A DNA stretch of 64,000 bases, taken from NCBI GenBank assembly GCA_028534125.1, contig CM052816.1, positions 3,040,001 through 3,104,000 of the forward strand, given 5' to 3'. This DNA comes from Lama glama (taxonomy: Eukaryota). The number at the start of each line of letters is the position of its first letter. Within the stretch, counting starts at the first letter, position 1. The translations under genes were made by a program, and so were the position numbers. Below are positions 53,460 through 64,000 of the stretch, piece after piece. A model generated the notes under the pieces. It did no database searches and was not told the origin of the DNA. It saw nothing but the letters and a program-made list of their open reading frames with translations.

Positions 53460-55871
53460 AAACCATCATTGTATCCCTGGGGTAAATCCCACCTGATCAT
53501 GATCGTTTTAATACACTGTTGAATTCAGTTGGCTAATCTTTTGTTGAGGATTTTTGCATCTATGTTCATCAGTGATATTGGCCTGTTTCTTTTTTCGTGG
53601 TATATTTGTCTAGTTTTGGTATCAGGGTGATGCTGGCCTCCTAGGATGAGTTTGGAAGCATTTCTCTTTTTTTAATTGAAATATAGTCCGTTTAAAATGT
53701 GTCAATTTCTGGTGTACAGCATAACATTTCAGTCATAACATACACATACATACATTCATCGGCATATTCTTTTCATTATAGGTTACTATAAGATACTGAA
53801 TGTAGTTCTCTGTGCTATACAGAAGAAACTTGTTGTTTATCTGTTTTATATATAGTAGTTAGTATTTGCAAATTTCCAGCTCCTTACTCATCCCTTTCTA
53901 CCCGCTTTCCTCCTGGTAAGCAAGTTTGTTTACTATGTCTGTGAGTCTGTTTTAGTTTACTATACATCTGCCTTTACCAATGAGATTTTTTCCACAATTT
54001 TCCTATGTCTGGTTGTGGTCTTTTCTTTTCCACTTAGAGAAGTCCCCTAACATTTCTGGTAAAGCCAGTTTTGTGGTGCTGAAAGCTGACACTTTTAGCT
54101 TTTACTTGTCAGTAAAACTCTTCCCCTCTCCTTCAAATCTGAAGATTTGCCTTGCTGGGTAGAGTATTCATAGTTGTAGACTTTTTCCTTTCAGCACATC
54201 GAATGTATAGTGCCATTCTCTTCTGGCTTGCAGAGTTTCTGATGAAAAGTCATCTGAGTGTCTTACGGGAGTTCCTTTGTACATAACTAGTTGCTTTTCT
54301 CTTCTGCTTTTAAGATTCTCTCTTTATTTTTAATTTTTGTCATTTTAATTATAATGTGTCTTCGTGTGGACCTCTCTGGGTTCATTTTGTTTGGTACTCT
54401 GTGTTTTCTGGACTTGGATGTCTGTTCCTTTCCCAGGTTAGGATAGTTTTCAGCTATTTTTTTTTCTTTAAATAAGTTCTCTGCCCATTTCTCACTCTCT
54501 TCTCCTTCTGGGACCCATACAATGCAAATGTTAGTACATCTGATGTTCTCTCGAAGGCCTCTTAAACTATCCTCATTTTAAAAAATTCTTTTCTCTGTCC
54601 AGCTTGGGTGATTTTCACTACTGTCTTCCAGTTTGCAGATTCATTCCTCTGTACCATCTAAACTACTGTTGATTCCTTCTAGTGTATTTTTTGCTTCAGT
54701 TATTATATTCCTCAGCTTTGTTTGGTTCTTCTTTATTATTTCCTAACTCTTTGTTAAGTGTCTCATTGTTTTCATCTATTCTTCTCCTGAGTTCACTGAG
54801 CATCTGTATGATCATTAACTTGAACTCTTTATTGGGTAGATTGCTTTTCTCGACTTTGCTTAGTTCTTTTACTGGGCTTTTATCTTGTTTCTTTGATTGG
54901 AACATACTCCTCTGTCTCCTCATTTGCCTAATTCTCTGTGTTTATTTCTATGTTTTAGGTAAGTTGGTTATGTATTCTGATCTTAGAGAAGTAACCCTAT
55001 GTAGGAGACATCCGATGGGGCCCAGCAGCACACTCCTCTCTGGTCACTAGAACTATATGCTCTAGGGGTACGTCCGCTATGTGGGCTGCACAGGCCCTTC
55101 TCGTGGTGGAGCTGGCCCCTGGCCTGGCTGGCTTACAGGCCCTGCCTCATGAGGTGCCTGCTGATCTACTGGTGAGCAGGGCCAGATCCTGGGGTGGCCA
55201 GCTGTGGGGCACTGAGGGCCCAGAGCTGGTGCTGGCCTGCTGGTGGGCAGGTAAACCTCTGGTGCTAATAAACTAGAATGAGGACTCCAAAATGGTGCTT
55301 TCTAGCACCAGTGACCTTGTAGCAGAATGAGCTCCCCACAGCTACCAGTGGCTGTGTTCCCAGGGAGAGTCTCAGTTACCTCCTGCCCCTTTGGGAGGCT
55401 CTCCAAGTTCAGCAAGTGGGTCTGACCCAGGTTCCTTTCAAATTACTGCCTCTGCACTGGGACTCAGAGCATGTACTCTCTAAAAGGGGTGTTTCTGTAT
55501 ACAAGCCCTGCTGTCTTCAAAGCCAGACATTCTGGGGGTTATCTTCCTGGTATAAAACCTCTGGGCTGGGGAGACTGATGTGGGGCTCAGAACTCTTGCT
55601 CCTGGGGGAAGAACCTCTGTAATTTTGATTTTCCCTCATTTTTTGGTTACCTGCCTGGGGGTGTGGATCCTCACTGTACAATGTCTCCATTCCTCCTATC
55701 TGTCTCATTGTAGTTCCTTCTTTATATCTTTAGTTGAGGAAAATCTTTTCTGCTGGTCCTAAGGTCATTCTCATAGACATTTTCTCTGTAAACAGTTGTA
55801 ATTTTGGTGCACCCATGGGAGAGAATGAGCACGGGTTCTTCCTACTCTGGCCATCTTAGCCACATCTCCCC
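53460..55871 (-). mobile_element. Rearranged LINE-1 including 5' UTR and degraded ORF1, with an L1 3'-end piece at ~53665-53960
   Basis: 5' end GGGGAGATGTGGCTAAGATGGCC (YY1-type site); ORF1-like KEFKLMIIQMLSELRRRIDENNETLNKEL (54696-54923); ORF2-like fragment 53460-53660. Confidence 0.8.
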
Positions 55872-56954
55872 GTGCTTGACTTTTATTACTGGTTCTGACT
55901 AGATGGGGAACATAAGTGGTTCCTTGAACACTAATACACAGAATTCCTTCTCTAAATATTTCCGGCATAATTTTCCTCTGTTTCCAAGAAGAAACATCTA
56001 ATTGGGAAGAGAATTCAAGGGATTTAAGAGACTGAATCACATCACATCACTGACTCTGCATGAATTTACACCATTTAAGGAAATCTTTTCTCTCTGTGAT
56101 ATTTGGCTTTTGAAGATCACTGCTTGAGAACACATTCTTTGTCAGACTCTCAGAAACTACTACCTCCTTGGATTTGACTCATCGTAGATACAATCTGGAA
56201 GTTACCCTCTTCTTTAAATTACTATATTTAAAAGTACAGTCCTGTGATTATAGAATTTCAGGACAAGTAACTGCAATCTAAATCAGAATCTAAGCCAAGT
56301 AACTCTCTCTATATAAATATAACCAAAATATCTTCACTCTCTAACTATATTTAGGCTTTGTTTTACATGTCTGAAGATGAACATCATCTTTTCCATTCCA
56401 CACTGAATTTTGGCCCAACTTATCTTCATTTTCCCAGCTAACCAGTTTGAAATTTTAGAATCATTGTTGGTTCTTCCCTATTCTTCTCTAATAACAATGG
56501 TTAACAGGTTTAGTGTTAATTTGGTATGAAATTCTGTATTGAGCCCTTTATATAGAATATTTAATATCCTCCCAATAGTTCTTTTAGGAATATACTATTA
56601 TTATTTCTATTTCATAGCTGAGGAAAGAGCCTTATATAGACTAAGTGACTTGCCCAAGGTCACATAGCTAGTATATGGTATAGCCAGGATAGGAAGCCAG
56701 AAATGCAATGCCAGAACTCATGCTCTTATTCACGTTTTCTACACTGCCTCCTTGCTTTATAGATTTACCTGTTCATTAATTTATTAATTATCAAAACAAT
56801 TCTTAAGCAACCATTCTAAATCAGCGACGATAGAAGGTGCTAGGAATTGATGAAGACAAAGTCCCTATTCTAACAATTTAGGGAGGAAAGTATGTTAACA
56901 AAAAATTAAAACATATTACAAGTGTTTAATAAATGTTATTTTCATTCCCCTTTC

Positions 56955-57480
56955 TATCAATTTGGGTGCTTTTGGCTGAAAATAACTGGGAAATTAACTA
57001 ACAAAAGCTTAATATGGGAAATTTACTTAAATCACATAGAAAAGCCTGTGGTTTGGCAGTTCCAGAGCCCATGCAGTGTCTCAGTGATGTCGTCAAGGAA
57101 TGGAACACTTTTAATTCTCCTGCTTCACTACTCACACCATATCAGAGAGATCTCTCCTCGTGTTCACAAAATGGCGGCTATGGTACCAGACATAATGTCC
57201 TCACTCTGTAACATCTAAAGTAGAAAGGAAGGAACTGAATAGAAAAGAGCTTTCTTTGGATATCTGCTCTTTTATTAGGGAAAGAAATTCCCGCCCCCAG
57301 AAGCATCCAACAGACGGCTCCTTATGCCTCAGTGGGAAGAACTTAGGTCACATGCCTACCTCTACATCAATCTCTGACTAAGGAAAACAGTACTTGGCAC
57401 AGTGCCTTCTAAACAAAAGCAGGATACAGTTGCAAGGAAAAAGGTGGAGGGTAGGCAAGGAATAGTATTTGCCATACCCC
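56955..57480. mobile_element. Probable MLT1-type LTR relic
   Basis: tcagtgatgtcgtcaagga...cacaaaatggcggct...ttaggtcacatgcc. Confidence 0.5.
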
Positions 57481-58119
57481 TCTTCCAATATGACTGACAA
57501 AATAGAAGTATATAGAAGGAGCTGTGAAAGCATTTATTAGGTAAAGAAATGTTTCACTCTGGCTAGAACTAGAGATAGCTTTTTAAGAAATGGTACATTT
57601 AATCTGAGTCTTGAAGGGTAGATAGGAGTTTATAAGGTAAAGGACAAATATTTCAGAGCAGTAGAGATAATGGACCTTAAAGAATATTTAGTACAAACTC
57701 CATTCAATATGCGCATCTCCTTCACAGTATTTTCCAAGTCTGCCTCATTCCTGTCTATGACCTATGCCTTCAGCCAAGTCAAAGTCAACAGTGATTATAT
57801 ATAGTAGGAGGTCCAAGATAACATAAATGCCACATTTTTGCCAGCTGACCAAATGCTTTTTGATCAAAATAGAATAATATAGGACATAGTAAGTACACTG
57901 TAAGGGACCTTAAATATTTGTTTCTTTCCCAGCTCCTCTTCTCTTATTTCACATCTTTCCCATTTATTGACTATCTTACACTCTTATTTTAGGGAACACC
58001 AAGATTGAAAAGCTAGAACTTACTTTGATTCTTTTGATAGCAATGAAATAGAAACTACAGGGCACCACGTGATAGAGACCAAAGAGCTCCACTTGCTCTT
58101 ATTCAGTATTAAAACTGTA

Positions 58120-58385
58120 TCAGTTATACTTCGCTATACAACAATAAAACAACAATAAACATTTATTATCTCACGCAGTTTCTCTACGTCAGGAATTCAG
58201 GAGTAGATTAGCTGGGTGCTTTTGGCTTAGGGCCTTTCATGAGGTTGTAATTAAGATGTCAGCTGGGTGTGTAGTCATCTGAAGACTTGAATGGGGCTAG
58301 AGGATCTGTTTCAAATATGATTCACTTACATGACATTGGCAGCAAGCTTTAGTGCTCTCCATGTGACCTCTTCATAGGGCTACAT
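58120..58385. mobile_element. MLT1-type LTR fragment
   Basis: catttattatctcacgcagtttct...tcaggaattcagga...ttagctgggtg...gtcatctgaagacttga. Confidence 0.65.
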
Positions 58386-58389
58386 GGTA

Positions 58390-59760
58390 CACAGAAGCAG
58401 GATAAAATAGCAGAGAAAACGTGGATCATTAAATGGTGTTAGGATAACTAGATTACTATATTAAATAAAGTTGGAGCTCTATTTTACATCACATATAAAG
58501 GAGGATCTCATATAGATTAATGGCCTAAATATTAAAGGTAAAATTATAGTACTAACAGAAGAAAATATAAGAGAACTTCACTGAGAAACTGGGGATGGAA
58601 AAAATATTTCTTAAACAAGATCCTAAAAGCACAAAATATGAGGTGAAAAAAGGACAAATGCAACTGTATTAAATTAAGGATTTCTGTTCAACAGAGGATA
58701 TCAAGAGACAAATGAACTGATGAATTACAGACAAAAAGAGGATATTTGCTATGTTTGAATATCTGTAATAAACAAGAGACTCCTGCACATTAACAAGGGA
58801 AAAGTGGGGAAACACAATAATGAAATGGTAGGTGACTTGAATATGCATATCACTGATGGGGAAAGCTGAAAGACTAATACGTTTATGAAAAGATGCTCAC
58901 TTATCTAAAGATCAGAGAAATGCAAATCAAAACAACAATTGGATACTTCTATACCCCGATAAGACTGCAAAATTTATTGAGTAAAACCAAGTGTTAGTAA
59001 GGAAGTGGGAAAAAGGAAATCCTTACATACTACTGTTAGGAGTTTGAAGTGAAAAACAACCTGTTAGGAAGTGAAGCACTGTATGTGCATACCTAGGACC
59101 CAGCAACCCCACTCCTGTGTGTATCTGCAGAGAAGCTGCAGTACAGGTTTATGGAAGCATGCCCACGACAACACTGCCTACAATAGGAGCTCACTGGAGG
59201 CACCCTAGGAGTCCATCATTAGAGGATTCAAGAAATGAAAAGTGCTTGATACTATGAATGCAGAACTCAGGAGCTCAGAACAAGACATACCTATTTGACA
59301 TGGGTAGATTTTTTTTTTAATTGTGCTTTAAAAGGGCAGAAAGTAGATCAGAGGTTTCGAGGACTGGGAAAAATATTCTGGAATGAGACAGTGCTAATTA
59401 TTGCACAATGTTGTAAGCATACTAAAACCCAGTAAATTGCATACTTAAAAAAACACTAAAAAAAAATCAGTGAACACATCAACTGTAGAAAATACAGATA
59501 AGCAAAAAGAAATTTTGTAAAAGTATGTGAAGTAAAAAAAAATAAAAAATGAGTATATCTCAGATGATACATATAAATTAAAGAACAAATACATGTATAC
59601 ACTAAACATTGTATATCACTAAATGATAATCAAGGACTCATAAAATACATTAAAGTGGGTCCCTGGGCTATGGAAGTTAGGGAGAGTAGAACTGGAATGG
59701 GAATGGAAATGGTAAATGAAGAAGTGTCATAAAAAAATTAAATGACAGGACATAACATAA
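58390..59760 (+). mobile_element. Ancient LINE-1 ORF2/3' fragments (L1M-type)
   Basis: A-rich; tgaaaagatgctca...cagagaaatgcaaatcaaaacaacaa...gacccagcaaccccactcctg. Confidence 0.7.
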
Positions 59761-60036
59761 CAGAAAACAAAACTAGAATGGGGACTGCAATAGGCAGAAT
59801 AATAGCCCCTCCAAAAATGTCCACGTACTAATCCTAGGAACAAGTGAGTATGATACCTTACATGCTGGCACATTCTAGAGGCTCAGTAAATATCTGTTGA
59901 ACGAATCAATCAGTCAATCAGTCAGTGAATGGAAACTCTCCTCTAGGCCTTAGTCAGTAGATGGTAGCAGTCATAGAAAAGAACCAATCCCAGAATTTTC
60001 TGTTATACATTCTCTACTGAGAAAATAAAAGGGAAT

Positions 60037-60245
60037 GTGTTAGTTTCTAAGGGCTGCTGTAACAAAGTATCACAAACTGGGTGGCTTAAAATAACAGAAA
60101 TTTATTCTCTCAAAATTCTGGAGACTAGCACTTTAAAATCAAGGAATAGGCAGATTGATTCCTTATGGAGGCTCTGAGGGAAAATATGTTCAATGCCTCT
60201 TCCAGCTATTGATGGCTCTCAGTAATCCTTGGCATTTCTTGGCTT
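60037..60245. mobile_element. MLT1/MST-type LTR cut by gap
   Basis: gggctgctgtaacaaagtatcacaaactgggtggcttaaaataacagaaatttattctctca. Confidence 0.8.
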
Positions 60246-60745
60246 NNNNNNNNNNNNNNNNNNNNNNNNNNNNNNNNNNNNNNNNNNNNNNNNNNNNNNN
60301 NNNNNNNNNNNNNNNNNNNNNNNNNNNNNNNNNNNNNNNNNNNNNNNNNNNNNNNNNNNNNNNNNNNNNNNNNNNNNNNNNNNNNNNNNNNNNNNNNNNN
60401 NNNNNNNNNNNNNNNNNNNNNNNNNNNNNNNNNNNNNNNNNNNNNNNNNNNNNNNNNNNNNNNNNNNNNNNNNNNNNNNNNNNNNNNNNNNNNNNNNNNN
60501 NNNNNNNNNNNNNNNNNNNNNNNNNNNNNNNNNNNNNNNNNNNNNNNNNNNNNNNNNNNNNNNNNNNNNNNNNNNNNNNNNNNNNNNNNNNNNNNNNNNN
60601 NNNNNNNNNNNNNNNNNNNNNNNNNNNNNNNNNNNNNNNNNNNNNNNNNNNNNNNNNNNNNNNNNNNNNNNNNNNNNNNNNNNNNNNNNNNNNNNNNNNN
60701 NNNNNNNNNNNNNNNNNNNNNNNNNNNNNNNNNNNNNNNNNNNNN
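60246..60745. other. Assembly gap (500 N)
   Basis: Run of N. Confidence 1.
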
Positions 60746-61410
60746 TGACCCAGTAATCCCGCTCCTGGGCATATATCTAAAAGGAATCCTACTTCAAAAT
60801 GACACCTGCACCCCAATGTTCATAGAAGCACTATTTACAATAGCCAAGACATGGAAACAGCCTAAATGTCCATCAACAGATGACTGGATAAAGAAGAAGT
60901 GGTATATTTATAAAATAGAATACTATTCAGCCATAAAAATCGACAAAACGCCATTTGCAGCAACATGGATGTTCCTGGAGAATGTCATTCTAAGTGAAGT
61001 AAGGAGAAAGAGAAAGAAAAATACCATATGAGATCGCTCATATGTGGAATCTAAAAAAAAAAAAAAGAACATAAATACAAAACAGAAACAGACTCATAGA
61101 CATAGAATCAAACATGTGGTTGCCAAGGTGAGGGAGGTGGGAAGGGATAGACTGGGAGTTCAAAATTTGTAGATACTGACAGGTATATGTAGAATAGATA
61201 AACAAGATTATACAGTATAGCACAGGGAAATAAACACAAGATTTTGTGGTAGCTCAGAGGAGAAAAAATGTGACAATGAATACGTATGTTCATGTATAAC
61301 TGAAAAATTATGCTCTACACTGGAATTTGACACAACATTGTAAAATGACTATAACTCAATAAAAAATGTTTAAAAAATAAAATTAAAAAAGGCAGCAAAA
61401 AAAAAAAAGA
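60746..61410 (+). mobile_element. Young LINE-1 ORF2 end and 3' UTR
   Basis: ORF remnant [32 protein letters not shown]...FAATWMFLENVILSEV is the L1 ORF2 C-terminus; AATAAA and A tail. Confidence 0.93.
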
Positions 61411-61429
61411 ATTCAGTCAGCATTAACCT

Positions 61430-64000
61430 ATAGAAGCAGTATAGGAGAAACAAAAAACAAAAAGCACATTGAAAACAAATTCCAAAATAACAGGCACAAT
61501 TCTAAGCATATCAATAATTACATTAAATTATAGTGGACTAAAAACTCCAATAACTAGAACAATCAAATGGGTTTAAAAAGCATATTCTATTTATGGGAGA
61601 AATACTTTATATTTAAAATACAATACATCAAAAGTAATCGGATGGGAAAGGGTATGCTAAGCAAACTAACAATAAGAAAGCTGGAAAGCCTATACTAAAA
61701 TAGATTTTAATACAAGAAATACCACTAGAGATAGAGAGATTTCACAATGACAAAAGGGTAAATTAATCAAAAATACAACAATTACAAACATACTTGTACC
61801 TAACAAGGGATCCCAAAACATATGAGGCAAAAATTGACAAAATCAAAAGAGAAATAGACCATTCAGTAATTATAGCTGAATATTTCAATGTCTCTCTCAA
61901 TAACTGATAATTCTAATAGATAATATGACAAAAAGCAAATCAGAAAGGATATAGAATACTTGAATACTATTAAACAACTAGAACACTCTACCCAACAATA
62001 GCAGAATACATATTCTTCTCAAGTACTCACGAAACATTCTCTAGAATAGACCATGTGCAAGGTAACAAGAGTAAGTCACAATACATTTATAAGGACTGAA
62101 ATCATACAAAGAATGTTCTTTGACCACAGTAGCATTAAGTTAGCAATCAATAATAGAAGGAAATCTGGAACATCGCCACATAGTTGGAAATTAACAACAT
62201 GCTTTTAAATAACTCTTAAGTGAAAAAAGAAATTAGAAAATATCTTCTACTGAATGAACATAAAATCATGACACAGCAATATTAATAAAAAGCAGGCAAA
62301 GCAGTGCATAAAGGGAAATTTGTAGCTTTAAATGCTTATATTAGAAAGGAAAGAAGATTTAAAAATCAATAACCTAAAAAATCAATTAAATAAGCTTTCA
62401 CCTTAAGAAATTAGAAAAAGAAGAACAAATCAAACCTAAACTAAGCAGGACAAAGGAAATAATAAAAACTATAGCAGAAATTTAAAAATTAAAAAAACCC
62501 AGCAAAACAAAAGAAAAACTTAGTGAAACTGATTATTGAGTCTTGAAAAGATTAATGAAATCAATAAAATTTTAGTGAAATGACCAAGAAAAAAAAAAGA
62601 AAGAAAGAAAGAAAGAAAGAAAAGATAGAGATTACCAGAATTAGGAATGAAAAAGGAAAACTTCTGAACCCTACAGAAATTTAAAAGATCATAAAGGAAT
62701 ATTATAAACAACCTTATACCAACAATTTGACAACTTAGTTGAAATGGGCAAATTCATAGACAGAAATTATCAAACTAACTCAAGAAGACATATAAAACCT
62801 GAATAGACCTATGTCAAGTAAAGACATCAAATTATTTGAGTTACTTAAAAATCTTCCTACAAAGGAAAGTCCAGGCCCAGACGATGAAATCTATCAACAT
62901 TTAAGAAATTGATAACACCAATCTAATACAAATCCTTCCAAAACTAGAATCGAATGGAACACTTTCCAGCTTGTTTTGCCCTGATACCAAAAATTTCAAA
63001 GATGTCACAAAGAAACTGCAGACCAATACCCATCATGACTATAAATGCTAACATTCTTAAAAGAAAAGCAATTGGATCCAGTAATGTATAAAAAAGATAA
63101 TACATTATGACCAAGTGTTGTATGTCTAACATCTGAATATCAATTAATGTAACATACATAGTATCACTAGAGTAAAGCAAGGGTCAGCAAACCACAGCCC
63201 ACAGACCAAATTTGGCATCCCTTTAATTTTTGTACATTAAATTTCATTGGAACACAATCATGCCCACTCATTTACACATTTTCTATAATTGTTTGCATGC
63301 TATAATAGTACGATTGATGGGTTGCAACAGAGATCATATAGCTCACAAGACCAAAAATATTTACTATATGGCCCTTTCTGGAAAATGTTGTTGACCCTTG
63401 GAATAAAGAACATGATAATCTCAGCCGATGTAGAAAAAGCTTTGATAAAATGTCAATACTTATAGTATATCAGAAATCAAATCATTTGCAACTACATAGA
63501 TTTAAAATGAAAAAATTTAGATGTGAATTTAAAAAAAAGAAAAAGCATCTGATAAAATTCAACAAACATTTATGATAAAGCTCTCAAGAAACCAAGAATA
63601 GGAAGAAACTTTTTAAATTTGATTAAAAGCAGCTACATAAAACCTACAACTAACATCCTGCTTAAAGATAAAAGATAAAAGACACCGTTTTCCCTCTAAC
63701 AATGGATACAAAGCAAGGATGTTCATGCTCACGACTTCTATTCCACATTGGACTTGAGCTTCTAGCCAGTGAAATAAGGCAATGCATATAAAATCAATAT
63801 ATAACCAACTAGAAATGAAATTATGAAAACAATTGCATTTATAACAGCATCAAAATAAAGTATTTACAATAAATGTAACAAGTGCAGAACTCTATGCTGA
63901 AAATTATACAACACTGTCAAGAAAAACTGAAGACCAAAATAAATGGAGATATATCCCATATCTGTAAATTGAAGACACTATTGCTTAGATGTCTATTTTT
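61430..64000 (+). mobile_element. Old degraded LINE-1 ORF2 (endonuclease to RT region), runs off window
   Basis: A-rich; cagaatacatattcttctcaagt, tttgaccacagtagcattaagttag, ctgcagaccaata, gataaaattcaac; no long ORF. Confidence 0.85.
63178..63400 (+). mobile_element. MER58A-like hAT MITE inserted in L1
   Basis: TIRs caagggtca / tgacccttg; 8-bp TSD gagtaaag (63170-63177) / gaataaag (63401-63408). Confidence 0.85.

Overview
Mammalian genomic DNA, most likely a camelid (inferred from four tRNA-Ala-derived Vic-1-type SINEs; I saw no Alu, Bov-tA or PRE-1). It covers the CLINT1-LSM11-THG1L block, in the order I recall for human 5q33. The + strand holds the last four coding exons and 3' UTR of CLINT1 (epsinR). 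The - strand holds complete LSM11 (4 exons, 364 aa, U7 snRNP Sm-like protein) and complete THG1L (6 exons, 298 aa, tRNA-His guanylyltransferase). All exon phases join correctly with GT-AG introns. The rest is intronic or intergenic DNA with L1, MIR, MaLR-type LTR and hAT DNA-transposon fossils, microsatellites and three assembly gaps. I could not support a new multi-gene system. The best candidates for undescribed biology are local: an inverted tRNA-SINE pair bracketing THG1L exons 2-5; a duplicated palindrome/GAS-motif element flanking LSM11 exon 2; a (GCC)n poly-Ala expansion in LSM11; a chimeric TSD-flanked retro-insertion; a palindromic bidirectional poly(A) signal and a strong CTCF site between the convergent genes. 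Repeat subfamily names and human protein comparisons come from recalled sequences, not database searches.
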